Source: Octopus vulgaris (taxonomy: Eukaryota). Taken from it: a stretch of DNA of 64,000 nucleotides. Of the stretch, positions 1-15,332 are shown one piece after another. A program made the position numbers and the translations under genes. The notes beneath the pieces are model-generated. The model had not been told where the DNA came from, made no database searches, and saw nothing but the letters and a program-made list of their open reading frames with translations. Location of the stretch: assembly GCA_951406725.2 (NCBI GenBank), contig OX597832.1, forward strand, positions 38,936,001-39,000,000, given 5' to 3'. The stretch's first letter is position 1. Every line of letters begins with the position of its first letter.

Positions 1-989
1 TTTTTTGTGAATTCTCTCCCAGGGCCATCTTGTGTCCGTGGTGAGGCTGACACACCAACTTTGACGAAGCAGCAATGTCCTAGTTATTATCTTTTGATTT
101 CTTAAAAAAAGTTTAATTTTTCATACGACATTAGGTCTCCTTTTCTTACAAACCATCAAATTTAGCCCGAACACCCTGTATAGTATTAGCGAGGAATTAC
201 TGTTATATGCTATTTCGTTTCCTGCTCCAATCAGTCGGCTAGAATGTTATCAAATTGACTACGTTGGAGGTATGTTGGGTTCAATCCAAAAATGGTGGTG
301 GTCTTCATTTTTTCCACGAGAGAATATATAATTTTAAATGATTGCAATGTTTTGGAAAAATGTTTTAAGCAACCAAAATTTTAAAAAGTATACACAACTG
401 TTGCCAAAACTGTAATAATCCACTTGAGAAAAATAAGATTCTGTTCGTGGAAATGTTACTATTAATGATACCGAAAAAGGTAATATAGTAAAAAGAGAAA
501 ATTTTGCAGGTGTCTTTAAGAGACGGATTAAATTAATCTTTAAGAAACATGGCCGCTAAAACAGAAGATCTGCTCTATGTAACAAGAAACAACCAGAGGT
601 AATGCTGTCTAAATTAGTTTTACATGACATGGAAGTAAAGACCAGAGTTTATCGATTCCTACAAGGACACTGGAAGTTCAGCGAACAGAAAACGTACAAA
701 GTGGAAAGTATTAATAAAAGAATTGACTTTACTCATTTATCATATAAATTTTGGCTTAATGGACGTAATTTTACATTCGGAAGAACCAGTGAGAAAATCC
801 ACCGGGGTATACATGTGTCAGATGTTTATGCTAGTTCTACTTTTCAAAGATAAGATTCTCGGGAATTTGAACGCTGAGAAAATAACATTAGAAATGTACA
901 TATTGTTCGTCGTAATATTCACTATATAATTTGAGAAAATGAATGTTTTGGAGACGCTCTTCCTGCGTTGCCAAAATATGTAGATTTCT

Positions 990-1410
990 TATTTCTTTAT
1001 TGCCCACAAGGGGCTAAACATAGAGGGAACAAACAAGGACTGACAAACGGATTAAGTCGATTACATCGACCCCAGTGCGTAACTGGTACTTAATTTATCG
1101 ACCCCGAAAGGATGAAAGGCAAAGTCGACCTCGGCAGAATTTGAACTCAGAACGTAGCGGCAGACGAAATACCTATTTCTTCACTACCCACAAGGGGCTA
1201 AACATAGAGTGGACAAACAAGGACAGACAAAGGGATTAAGTCGATTACATCGACCCCCAGCGCGTAACTGGTACTTAATTTATCGACCCCGAAAGGATGA
1301 AAGGCAAAGTCGACCTCGGCAGAATTTGAACTCAGAACGTAGCGGCAGACGAAATACCGCCGCCAAGCATTTCGCCCGGCGTGCTAACGTTTCTGCCAGC
1401 TCACCGCCTT
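990..1410 (-). mobile_element. tRNA-derived SINE with tandemly duplicated body
   Basis: Head ggtgagctggcagaaacgttagcacg and B-box gagttcaaat, with the body present twice. atgtagatttct at 978-989 and 1417-1428 is a likely TSD. Confidence 0.85.
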
Positions 1411-2598
1411 CAATGCATGTAGATTTCTAGATAGATATGATTGATTTTGATTTTGATTTTTCCAGTTTCAGCTAATGAGCTGTGGCCATGCTGGGGCACC
1501 GCCATTTGGTTTGCTACACGATTTTACCTCACGGATGCTTTTTAGCAAACGCCATCTGATGCATATAGATATGTTAGAAACAGCTACAGGACTAGCAGGC
1601 AGGTAAGGATATGCTGGGTACGGCTGTTGTCAACTTGCTACAATCAACAATACCCTGAGTAAAGTGGACCGGAACTAAACCTTGAATGGTGGAAGAGGCT
1701 GGATCATGCTAATATGAAAAATAATCTAAAAATATTTTAAACTGGAATGCTGCCAGACATTCGCAATAATGCTGAACAGCTTTTATATAAGAGATATTTA
1801 CGGTGAAGATTGTGTATAATTCTTAAATAAACGTTATTTGAAAGTTATTGCTATTTAGGCGCATTAAATTTTCGAATTAAAAATTGTTATGACTTTATCA
1901 GAGAAGCATTAAAAGATTTGGAAACGGTACCGCCACATATAACCCAAATAAATATTCATCAAATTTAATTATAAGTTGAAGAGAAACGTAGGTGTCAGAA
2001 ATTTTGCGATTAGATGGGTAAAAGTATTTTTAGTTTTTCTAAAATTCTTGTTTGGAGGTGGGACACGGCATATACTTGGATCAGAGCTTTGTAAGAAGCT
2101 AACATTGCGTCCCACTTATGTACTGGCAGTGCGTATAAAATATATATGCATGTATGCACATAAAGATAGTGATGTAGAGGTGACATAAATGTATATACAT
2201 ATATACGTATATAGACGCACATACACAGACATATAGATAGATAGATTTATTGTTGATAGACACATACAGCTATAAATATGTAGAAGGTAGGAACTATGTA
2301 TGTGTATGTATGTGTATATATATATATATATATATACGCACAAACATACATACATACATACGTACATACATTTATATATTTATACAAATATGTTTACACA
2401 TAGAATAATAAATACAGGATACTAAGTAAGGGTATTTAGTTTTTTTTAACTCGACAGCTGTTTCTGTAAGTTCAGAATTAAGTAATAATCATAATATTCA
2501 TAATTAGCAAACGGAATGTGCAAAACAATCTTCGGTATGGAACCAGTAAAGAGTCACATAGATATTTTACACCAGGAGAAAGGTTGGGAAAAAGTAGC

Positions 2599-2691
<93 letters not shown>

Positions 2692-2743
2692 CCTTATTAT
2701 TATCATCATCATCACATCAGGGGTTCCTGGTATATTATTATTA

Positions 2744-2792
<49 letters not shown>

Positions 2793-2858
2793 TACTATTA
2801 TTATTATTATTATTATTACTATTATTATTATTATTATTATTATTAATAATAATGTTAA

Positions 2859-2911
<53 letters not shown>

Positions 2912-3084
2912 TTTTGTTTTCCTTTCGTTATTTTAATATCGTTACCAGTATCAACAGTATCTGACTGTCCCAGTTGTAGTGCTTAGCAAACAAGTGTATG
3001 AATTTAAAAAAAAGGAGAATACAAACTAACAATGCTGTCATTTAAATTCCTGTATTTCTAATTAGCCGTTATTTTTGTTATTTC

Positions 3085-3115
<31 letters not shown>

Positions 3116-3489
3116 GATCAATTCATTGGAGAATCAGTAAAAATAATGTCTGACAGATAAATGGTTTTCTGCGAACAGTAAGTGGTATCAAGAGTAGTTT
3201 GTGATATTTTACTGATAAATATTGATTTCCAGTGAGTCAGATATGATATCAGTCATAATCAATAGAGAAACTTGAAGCCAATTTTTGATATTTATTGGAA
3301 ACAATCAATCGTATTTAGAGTGCACAATCTGGCTTTTAGATTTCCTGCACGATTTTTTTTTTTTTGTTTTTTTCCATTGCTGTTGTTGGCGTTGTTGGTT
3401 TAGTTTTTGTTGTATATAAATTTAAGATGAATAAGCCACATGCAATCACATACAATCCATATATGATACATATATACATATATACATAT

Positions 3490-3556
<67 letters not shown>

Positions 3557-3609
3557 CATATATATATTCAGAGAGAGAGATACACGCACATATGAATATA
3601 TGTATATAC

Positions 3610-3660
<51 letters not shown>

Positions 3661-4147
3661 GACATATAGATATATACATATATAAATATATATATATATA
3701 TACACACATATATATATATATACATACACACACACACACACATACACACATATATATATATATAAGCATATGCATATCTGTATAAGAATATATATATGTG
3801 TATATGTATGTATATAAACGCACCCATTGCACATGTGATACATGCAACCATATGCACATGTTTGGAATATATATAAAAATGAACACTCACTCACACACAC
3901 ACACACTCACACGTTACATGTGCAATACATACGCATATATATGTATACGTGTATATAAAAAGATATATGCGTATTAACATTTATATGTAGCGTTATGCAT
4001 TAATTCTTTTCCATCTGCTCGCTCCACCACACACACACACACATACACATTCACATACGCCCACACTTATGTATTATACTTATATATGCACACACACACA
4101 CACACATATATATATATTTATATATGCATATATCTATCTATCTAGCC

Positions 4148-4178
<31 letters not shown>

Positions 4179-6075
4179 TTCATAAATATTTATGCAATAC
4201 ATGCGCTGATGAATGTTTTTTTTCTTTTATGTTTTACTTGTTAAAGTCATCAGATTGCGGTCATGCTGGGGCACCACTTTGAAGAATTTCAGTCGAACGA
4301 ATCGACCCCCAGTGCTTGCATTTTTTAAAGCCAGGTACTTACTCTATCGGACTCTTTAACGAACTGTTAGGTTACGGGGACGTAAACACGCCAACGCCGG
4401 TTTTCAAGCAGTCATGAGGTGACAAACATAGATGCAAACACACACACACACTCACTCACGCACGCACACACCTACTCACACATACACACACACACACTCA
4501 CACACACACACACACACACACATATATAGGATGGGCTTCTTTACATTTCCCTGTACCACATCCACTTACAAGGCTTTAATTAGTCCGAGGCTATGGTAGG
4601 AAACACTTGCCCAAGACACCACAGAAACACGTGGTTGGGAAACACACGTCTTACAACATAGCTACGCCTGCGCATATAGTCATAAATATTTATGCAATAC
4701 ATGCATATGTGTGTGTTTGCATGTGTATGTGTGTGTGTGTGTGTGTGTGTGCTCATACATAATTACATACATACATGTTTATAAGGTGTATCTTAAGTAT
4801 TTCTATTTGCAAAGAATCAAATATAAATTGTCAAGAACGTATAGGACTCAATACGTAGCCATTAATTTATTTCGGCTGATAACACTTTGGAGTGACTTTC
4901 AGTTTTGCCTCTGTTATACATCAATATTGTAAGAAAAAATACTATTATTTCCTAGTTTGCGTAGGTTGGAGTATATTATAACTGGGGAGTAAAAACCAGT
5001 TAGAAACAGGTTTTATAAGGTGCAAAATGAGTTAAAATAAAATAAAAAGTTAGATGTGTCAGCTTTCTAACAAAAAATAAATTCATCATGCTTTTCCATC
5101 TAGATTTACCTCCAGCTAAACCATTTGCATGCATCGGTTTTTGTCCTGCTTCTCTTCCGTCAACCTGTACATAACTGCACCTTCCATTTTTCTTGTTTTT
5201 GTACTGCTTAAAGGCACGTTTCTTTCCTACCAAGCTTACTGTTTAAACCATGTTCTCCCAGTCAACAACCTTATCATTACTGGTACTTTAAACTCTTCGG
5301 TTGCATATTTGTATGAATAAAATCGTTTTTCTTTGGAACAGAAAAAAAGTCTATCTTTATTTCTTCTTTTTCTGGCGTCTCAAATTTAGGTTAAATCAGT
5401 GTTTCTCAAAGGGGAGGCCTATGGGACGGTCGGACAAGTTGTTTTGAGAAAATTTGGTTTAAATGTTTGACAACTCGGGGTGGGAGGTGTTTTGCTCGTC
5501 TTTTATATATAACACAGTTAAACTTTAAAATACCTTTAGTTACATTTCTTATACGCGGTAAAAAGATATTTACCGGAATGTGTGTTTGAGATAATACAAT
5601 TCTTGCTGTAATAATTAAAGATTTATAAATTTGACATATTGGATATTATTATTAATTTTAATAATTACATAAGGTTGTTTACCATAGTCTGAGAATAATT
5701 TATACATGTTATGTATAATCTTAGGTTCTGAGGTATAAATTATAATATAAGAGGGCAATAACTTAGGCTGTGCACATTTACATATATGCATAAATAAATA
5801 CATACATGCATACATATATATTAATATACGTGCACACATAATATAGGTGTGTATGTGTGGGGGGAGGGTATTCAGAGACAGAGACAGAGAGTGAGAGAGT
5901 GTGTGTGTGTGTGTGTGCGACAGACAGGCAGATAGAAAATGAATTAATTAGATCTAAGTACTAGACTACATTGAAGGCACGTGGCGTTGTGGTTTGGGAG
6001 ATGCGTATACGATCGTTATGTTGCAGGTTCGATTCTGAACCGTGCTTAGCGTTGAATACTTGAAGAAGGAATATT

Positions 6076-6473
6076 CTTTTTCTACACTAGGTACAAGGCC
6101 CGAAATTTTTGGAGAGGGGGCCACTCGATTAGATCGACACCAGTACGCAACTGATACTTAATTTATCGACTCCAAAGGGATGAAATGTAAAGTCGACCTC
6201 GGCAGAATTTGAACTCAGAACATAAAGACAGACGAAATACCTATTTATTTACTACCCACAAGGGGCTAAACACAGAGAGGACAAACAAGGACAGACAGAC
6301 GGATTAAGTTGATTATATCGACCCCAGTACGTAACTGGTACTTATTTAATCGACCCCGAAAGGATGAAAGGCAAAGTCGATCTCGGAGGAATTTGAACTC
6401 AGAACGTAACGCCAGACGAAATACGGCTACGCATTTTGCCCAGTGTGCTAACGTTTCTGCCAGCTCGCCACCT
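6076..6473 (-). mobile_element. Same SINE family, dimeric body
   Basis: Similar to 990-1410. Partial copies also at ~13100-13265, 24233-24390, 44405-44585, 44807-44990, 51445-51875 and 57665-57820. Confidence 0.85.
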
Positions 6474-7701
6474 TTTGAAGAAGGAATATTATTTCACCTT
6501 GCATCAGGCCATTCAAAGGAACTGGTCATTCTTTCCGGAATGTGTTTTATGCGCTCAGTCGCTTAAACGCAACCGAAAACGGTTCTTGTGGATATAAGAT
6601 ATACTTAATTTTATCTAAGGGATTGCAGTTAATGTGTATTTAATGTAATATTTTGGAAATGATAAATTTATGCTTTTAAAGTTTGACAGAAAGCCAGCCA
6701 GCGGTTTTGAGAAGAAGGGAAATGGCTAATCGGTTACATCGATTCCGGTACTTTATTTTATCGACTCCGAAAGGATGAAAAGTGAAATTATCAAAGTAGA
6801 TCCTCGTTTCCTAACCTATTGAACTATAGGCCATGACATTTTCCAATGCAGTAATTCTCCAAGGGATTCGATATTGGGGAGTTCTTTTAACAGAATCTTG
6901 TAGTTTCCTTAATCGAAGGCATTGGGGAAGTTAAAGTATGACATCCGTATATCCGTGTTTGGGATTTATTGCATGTATACGAGCGACTATGTACGTATGT
7001 ATGTATGTATGCATGTATGTATGTATGTATGTATGTATGTATGTATGTATGTATGTATGTATGTATGTATTATACAAGACAAGTGATAGATAATAGTCAT
7101 TATATATTTTCCTTTATTAGAGCAAATTTGGCTTACAGATGTTTCCAGTAGTCATTATTGGTACGTTACTGATAGGTTTATTCAATCGATCTACCGATCA
7201 GGTGATAAGAATTGAACGACCTAAAAACAATTAATGCTACTTAATACACACACACACACAAGAAATAGTTTTAGCGGTGGAACTCGAATTAGATAAAGCT
7301 ACAAATAATAGCGAGTAGAAGATTGGATTAAAAGACTTCTGGGATGGAAAAATAACTCGAAAACTCCCTGTCGTACGAGAACCCGCATCTTCTGTATACG
7401 TGACAAACATTCTAAAATTATTCCAATGAAACTATGAAAAACTTCTCCGTCCAGTGTAGAAGCTTTGTTCTTTCTCATAAGAATTGTAAGGTGCATACAT
7501 CATCGAAATTCAAGAGATATAAAATACCGTTTTAATGCTGAAGCTCGAAATAGATAAAGCTGTAAATTATAGCGCATTGACTATTGGAAGGAAAGAAGTT
7601 GAAGAAGTTGAAGACTTTTTAAAATCTGATGTTCTACATATTTTTATTGAATTCCAACGTCAAAAACAAGTCTCTAAATTCATATGATGTAACCACACAC
7701 A

Positions 7702-7764
<63 letters not shown>

Positions 7765-8875
7765 ATGTGTGTGTGTGTGTTGGTGGGTATGTGTATGTTC
7801 GCGTGTTTTATAGTTATGTACTTGAGTAATATTCACATACACTGAATAAAAAAAAGCTGCACTCGTTGTTGTAATATCGAAGTTATTATCATCAATATTG
7901 ACTGTTAACTTCACAGTTTCGCTGATACTAACTTCTCAAAACACAGTTTGGTTTGATGAATTTTCCGTTATAATAATAAAAAATAAACTTAGTCTGCTGA
8001 AATTACAAAATATATAACTGTAATAGGTATGCGATTTGTGATGTTGCAAAGTTTTCAAAGTTTCCTGTCGCTGATAAATGGAAACACCTTGTAAAGAAAA
8101 CTTATAGAATAAATCGACGAATAACGTGCGGAAGTGTGGAAGGAGCGAAAGACACGTAATTTTGATACTCTCTCAGGTAGGTCAAATTATATAGAGTGTC
8201 GTGTTTGGAAAATGTAGGTTTGTCTTGATGTTAGACTACAAATTCTATCGGTAATAGAAGCATGAGTATTTCTTAAACACATACAACGTAACACCTTTAC
8301 AAATATATATATATACATATACATATTTAATTAATAAGGGGAAAAATTGAATATTAATTTGGTTATTATCAATTTAAACCAGTGGCCTAGCATATTGACA
8401 GAAGCTGAAGATTCAGAAAAAATTATATGTAGTATACATATACCTATATAAATGTATGTATGTATGTATGTATGTATGTATGTATGTATGTATGTATGTA
8501 TGTATGTATGTATGTATGTATGTATGTATGTATGTATGCATGTATGTATGTATGTCATGTCCCCCTCATTAAACTGACACATTAAACTGCATCCTGTTGT
8601 CGGAATCTGGTTTGAAAAGTGTGGAATCACTTCTTTACCATTATTTTTCCCACCATTACTCTGACCTGGAGATGTAGCATCCTTCAGAATCCCAACTAAC
8701 ATATGAGCAACGAGACGTAGAAATACACGGGCTAGGGTCAGACGGCGCAGTAAGCCCACAACTGGGAGAAGAAAGCACCACAAGGTGCTACGCAACGGAA
8801 CTGAATCGAAGGGCACGTGATTGAGGAATACGCTTCTTACATCACAGACATGCCTACTCCTAAAATTAGCTTCTT

Positions 8876-8939
<64 letters not shown>

Positions 8940-9100
8940 TATATATATATATATATATATATATGAATATATGATATATATATATATATGCGTGTGTATG
9001 CGTATATATATATATATATATATATATTCGTTTATGCATATATTTTTTATATGTATATACGTACACACATACATATGAAAACAGACAGACAGACAGATAT

Positions 9101-9224
<124 letters not shown>

Positions 9225-9837
9225 GACATAAAATGAGGTGTGTTTAACAAAGGTAACTACTATACAACTATCATAAAATTATAGACTTTTCACATGGTTC
9301 AGTTTGCAAATGTCTGCTTCGTGTAGGAAAAAATATGCCCTTAAACTATTGCGTTTAACTTTTACTTTCCTACAAGGTCAAGTCTATTGAGAGTTAGTAA
9401 CTTATATTCTGTATACTACAGAGTGTAAAGAACAAAATTAGTAACTCTTAGATCTTATTCATAGAGTATGCAAGAAAGGAGACCAACGATTTGGAGTTTT
9501 ACTATGTTTCCTATGTTTTACTATGTAACTTAGTGTTGTGTGGACGCCCCTCAGACGATGAAGTAGACTAGCCCAATATGTAGATATAGAGGGAGTAGTC
9601 TAGACGTCAGAGGAGAGCAGAGCAGAGTTGAGTAGTAGAAACATCCGAACAGGTGCGACATAACAGTGGCGACGAGGTTTCGAATAGTACCGAAATGGAA
9701 GAGAAAACCTACAGAAATGATGGAAATTAACGCTAAGAGAAAAATATATGCCAGTTTCTCACGGAAGAAATAAAATTGATAAATTCGAGTTTTAAAAAAA
9801 AACGTAGATATAGAGGAGTAGTGAGTTTCTCTCACTC

Positions 9838-9881
<44 letters not shown>

Positions 9882-9887
9882 TAATAA

Positions 9888-10166
9888 TACCAGGAGACCC
9901 CAAAATGGCAGAAATTCAAAAGATAGTGCTCATGGGAACTGCTCATATCCTACGCAAAATACTTTCTATGTAACCTCAAGTTTTAAAACAAACATAATTT
10001 TCGGGGGGTTTTTTTTAGGCTTTCACTAGTACAACACTAAATACAAAACCAAATATATGGCACACTAGGCATAACAACAATACGAACTTCCAACCTGTTG
10101 TCTCTTGAGGTCTCTGGGTGAGACTTGGAGCCAACTTGTACAAATATAAAGCAAAAGTCAAACATA

Positions 10167-10168
<2 letters not shown>
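9888..10168 (+). mobile_element. Short 3' fragment of the R4/Dong-like LINE
   Basis: PGDPKMAEIQKIVLMGTAHILRKILSM* plus 3' UTR, embedded in (TAA)n. Confidence 0.85.
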
Positions 10169-10204
<36 letters not shown>

Positions 10205-10345
10205 GTAATAATAATAATAACAACAACAACAACAATAATGATAATGATAATAATAATATTAATTATTATTATTATTATTAATATTATTATTATTATCATT
10301 ATTATTATTGTTGTTGTTGTTGTTGTTGTTGTTGTTATTATTACC

Positions 10346-10404
<59 letters not shown>

Positions 10405-11188
10405 CATTATTATTATCACAGTGGATTGTAAAAGTTGTTAGGCCTTAAGAGAAACTACATCGCAGCATTTGTTCTGAATCCTTAAGTCCTTCGTTTACTT
10501 CTTGTTGAGGTTGACTTTGCCATTCAGTCTGCGTCCATAATACTTCGGTATAGTTAGTTATTGCTAATTATTGTTAATTATTGTTGCTGTCACTCTTATT
10601 TTAATGAACGTGCAACAATACTGGCAGCGACATGTCTACTTTGTTTCGTTGAGGATGTTCTGTAAATGATGACAGGAACCAAGCGATTATACATAAAATT
10701 GATATTGTAGAGTAGCTCTGCAACCGATAATCGATAAACAATTAGCAAGTTATTATCGGTGACAGCAAATAAAGCCTATCCCACGTCATATCCCACGTCA
10801 TATCACACGTCGTTTTAATAACCTCAAGTTTCATACGCTGGTCCAGTCGTAACAACTGAAATTCATTTGTGAAATGCATTGCCGAGTTCAGCTCACCAGA
10901 AGCACAAAAAATGCAGAGTCACGAAGAGCATGCAGGCGTGGCTTATAGGAGCTGGCGTGGCTGCATGGTAAGAAGCTTGCTTCTCAACAACATGGTTCCG
11001 TGTTCAGTTTCACTGCGCGGCACTTTGGGCAAGTGTCTTATACTATAGCCTCGGGTCAACCAAAGCCTTTTGAGTGAACCTGGTAGATGGAAACTGAAAA
11101 AAGCTCGTCGTATATATATATATATATACGACTTAGTGCTTGTTTTTTCCATGGGTATGAGTAAGTATTTCACTTATATGTCACGTAT

Positions 11189-11248
11189 TTATCGCTGAAG
11201 AGGGAAAATTCTTATGAATTAACCCCGAAATTGGGACCAATACGGTAA
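11189..11248 (+). ncRNA. Type I hammerhead ribozyme motif
   Basis: TTATCG-CTGAAGA-GGG(aaAATTCttatGAATTaac)CCC-GAAA-TTGG ga CCAA-TA-CGGTAA. Stems I, II and III all pair. Predicted cleavage after AUA (11242). Confidence 0.85.
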
Positions 11249-11377
11249 TAACACATTTTTTAGAAATTTCTATCGGTTTGTTTCGAGACGCATAAATTAT
11301 AATGGTTATTGACAATTTTGTCTTTTTTTTCGGCATATTTGGCATTAGAATTTTTCTTTTGCCCTTATTTTGTAAAG

Positions 11378-11456
<79 letters not shown>

Positions 11457-13262
11457 GCATGTATATATCTATGTTTGTGTTTCTTTGCGTCTGTTTTTGC
11501 CCCACCACCACCACTGCTTGAGAACATGCAGAAAAACCATATGTGCGCAACAAGGTGCTCTCATATCAAGATAAAGAGCGCAGAATTTCGCAGGTGGAAC
11601 TCAGAATTTTCTTGAGGTCAAGCATCTCATCCCGCTCAAAAGATGTTGGTGTGCTTACAACCACGTATCATAGCTGTTGGCCGAAATAGACTGATAGAAT
11701 AAGTACTAGGTTTTAAAAGATAAGTACCGGGTTTGATTTTTGAAACAGAACACCTACATGCAGACTGCGTCTATATTGGCGCAGGTATGACTGTGTGGTT
11801 AAGAAGCTGGCTTTGCTGCTACAAAAGTTTTCATTTCAGTGTCACTGCGCAGCACTTTTGGGGAAATGTCTTCTATTTTATCCGTGTGTCTTACGAGTGA
11901 ATTTGGTAGACGGAGATCGTATGAAAGTTCAGTTATATTTGTATGTAAATATTTGTGTGTGTGTATGAGCATTAGGTTGTGTTTGTCCTCCCACACCGCT
12001 TGGCAACCATTGTTTGTTTACTTCTCTGTAACATAACGGTTCGACAAAAGAGTCCATAAAATAAGTTGGCGACTTAAAATCAAGCACTAAGTTCGATTTG
12101 ATCGAGTATAACACTTTTAGGTGGTGCTCCAGAATGGTCGATGTCCAATGATTGAAACAAGTGAAACAAGTGAAATAAAAAGAAACACCACGAAGCCAAA
12201 CAATAAATAAATAAATAGATAAATAAATAAATATTCACTCCCTGTCAACATCAGAATTTACCAGAAACCCGTGTTTTTTGTATTCCACATAAATCTTTAT
12301 CAATGCCGAGCGTTAACGGTGTGAGTGAGAACAAATTCTAAACTTAACTAGACAAAATGGCTTTGTGGACGTGAGAGGCAGAAGGAATGAATCTGTCACT
12401 TTTATCATATATTCGTCTGCTGGGACTCATGTTATGTTATCCTATACCCACTACCACTCCCCCTCCCTCCTTCCTTCAAGTTTCTACTACATCCCCAGTC
12501 GCGAGCCAAAAAGAAAAAGAACTCTACGTAGTTATTCGACTTTCAAGAATTATTAGATAAACATCACTTAAATCTTAACTCGCTATCCTAGAAAAAGGGA
12601 GATGCATTATAAAAGATGATGTACTCCTGGACAATCTTAAAATATGGGATGGTCACGGTTGGCATATCCATAGCTAAAGAAATTTATGTCATCTTTCAGG
12701 GAAATTCATAGCGCTGCTCAATCGGGTTGGCATACAACAAATTTTACTACTAACAACAACAACGCCACCGTGACCAACAGCACTACTACATCAACTACCA
12801 TCACAAGCACCACTACTTCCACAACAACTACTACTACAATTATTGCTGTTGCTACGGCTACTGCTTGCACGACTATTACTTTCTATTTCTGGCAAGAAAA
12901 CTCCAGAGTTTCTACGTTCTTGTTGAACCTTTTAGAAACAGTAACCATTTATCCTTCATTACACCTTACCCTTTGGATCATGTAGCCCTAAAAATTTATA
13001 AACCACAGATGGAATATTTTTGATTGCCTGCCTTAAGAAGGCAAACATAATCATGCTAAACAAAAAAAAAATAATAATTTTATATCTCATACACCAATAA
13101 CTGAAATTTGGGGGAGGGGGTAAGTCGATTACGTCGAACCTAGTGCTGAACTGGTACTTATTTTGTCGACCCCGTGGGGATGAAGAGTAAAGTCGACCTG
13201 GGAGGAATTTGAACTCAGAACGTGGTGACGGCCGAAATACCGCTAACCATTTCGTCCAGCGT

Positions 13263-13317
<55 letters not shown>

Positions 13318-14501
13318 TGATAATAACAATAATAATAGTATTAATAAGGCTGAATGTTAACCATCATGAAGTCTAATTAATGTCGAAGAAATACTTGGTA
13401 ATGTAATTAACAAATTGCATTACACGGAATTTGACATGTACGAATTCAAATACTTGATCTTAGACATCATTGAATATGGAAAATGAAATTATAGAAAGAA
13501 TGATTTAATGTCGTTGGAGTCAATTTGGCTATAGAGAATAACTGTAAAGCAGAAGCGATAATCAAGGTTACACTGCAACCGGTGGGCTTCAAAAACACGT
13601 GAACACTCAACCTAAAGAAACACGTCAGCGTAATGTGCATTACCAAGCATAGTTGCTGGCTTTAATGAACGGAATAAGACCATACTGTTGCACAATCTTT
13701 TAGGATGCTTTTTTTTTCTTTGTGTCGAATAAAACCAGTCAGTTTATGTGGAATTTATTCTAATGATTTTATGAGAAAGAAAGACAAGACACGACAAATA
13801 CATTCTACACAGTGTGGCCCGCAGCGTCCACGCTACACTGTGAATAACAAATATACACAGACACATACACACACACACACACGTAAGTACGTACTGTGTA
13901 TATGTGTGCGTATGTATGTATGTATCTATGTATTATGTAAGTATGTATGAATGTATATTTTACAGAATGTATGGACATTTATTGAACTAAATATATAATT
14001 TTGGACTCAGTGCTTTTAATATATTTTATTTTAAGTGTCCTAACCATGCTCCTATGGATAGGTAAGCCCAGGATATCGTCTATCTATATATCTATCTATT
14101 CTCTATATATCTGTCTATATATATATATATAGTTGAAATTTACAAAGAAAAAAGACGAAGACAGGTGTGTAAATAACAAACCGATGTATTAGTTTATATA
14201 TATATATATACATAATAATGAAGGGTGAAATTAATTAATTTGGAATAATTATCAATTACACCAAGTAGTCTTCGGCATGTAAAAGCCTCATTCGAGGAAA
14301 ATTTAAGTAATACTAAGCAATAAAGGGTTTAGCAACGAATTGCCTTACCACATACCGAATTTAGAAATAGCAGTCAAAGGGTTATAGCTATTTCTTCTAC
14401 TAAAAAGGGAGATCTCAGTAAAAAACACAGCAATTGGAAGGCAGACACAAACAGGTAAGAGAGAATGAATTGACGGCAATCTATCATACAATTTTAAGTT
14501 A

Positions 14502-14601
14502 TCTACGGACGCACGTTTCGAAATCAAGTTTTTAGGAAAGCATGAGAATTAAATATTAAATAATTCTACGTTACCCAAACTTCTTTTCTCTTCAGCGTAG
14601 A
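14502..14601 (-). ncRNA. Type I hammerhead ribozyme motif (inverted copy)
   Basis: Reverse complement of 15233-15332. Confidence 0.85.
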
Positions 14602-15232
14602 ATACTATAATCATAAGTGATTATATATTGAATTTTGAGATACTAGAAGGCACCAACTCAACTCAGTATCAGAGCGAGCTAGAATCCGCAACTAGTATCA
14701 CCAAATTCAAAGTGTGAATGAAAAGATTGTGTCACTAGCATCTTGTTTTGGCTACACGCGGGTGGGAAGGGGCTGGTGACACAATCCTTTCATTCACACG
14801 TTGAGTTTGGTGATTTTTACTGAGATCTCCCTTTTTAGTAGAAGAAATAGCTATAACCCTTTGACTGCTATTTCTAAATTCGGTATGTGGTAAGGCAATT
14901 CGTTGCTAAACCCTTTAATGCTTAGTATTACTTAAATTTTCCTCGAATGAAGCTTTTACATGCCGAAGACTACTTGGTGTAATTGATAATTATTCCAAAT
15001 TAATTAATTTCACCCTTCATTATTACGGATAACCATATTTTATCTCAGTAGATGACCATAGCATCTTGTTTTGGCTACACGCGGGTGGGAAGGGGCTGGT
15101 GACACAATCCTTTCATTCACACGTTGAGTTTGGTGATACTAGTTGCGGATTCTAGCTCGCTCTGATACTGAGTTGAGTTGGTGCCTTCTAGTATCTCAAA
15201 ATTCAATATATAATCACTTATGATTATAGTAT

Positions 15233-15332
15233 TCTACGCTGAAGAGAAAAGAAGTTTGGGTAACGTAGAATTATTTAATATTTAATTCTCATGCTTTCCT
15301 AAAAACTTGATTTCGAAACGTGCGTCCGTAGA
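15233..15332 (+). ncRNA. Type I hammerhead ribozyme motif with long stem II
   Basis: TCTACG-CTGAAGA-GAAA...(AAGTTT/AAACTT; AGAATT/AATTCT)...TTTC-GAAA-CG tg CG-TC-CGTAGA. 6-bp stem I, GUC site at 15324-15326. Confidence 0.85.

Noticed and set aside
602-929. Short ORFs at the window start
   Set aside because: No recognisable motif or splice structure; possibly an old transposon remnant.
990-1410. Repeated units as a CRISPR-like array
   Set aside because: They are duplicated SINE bodies with no repeat-spacer pattern and no cas genes, in a eukaryotic context.
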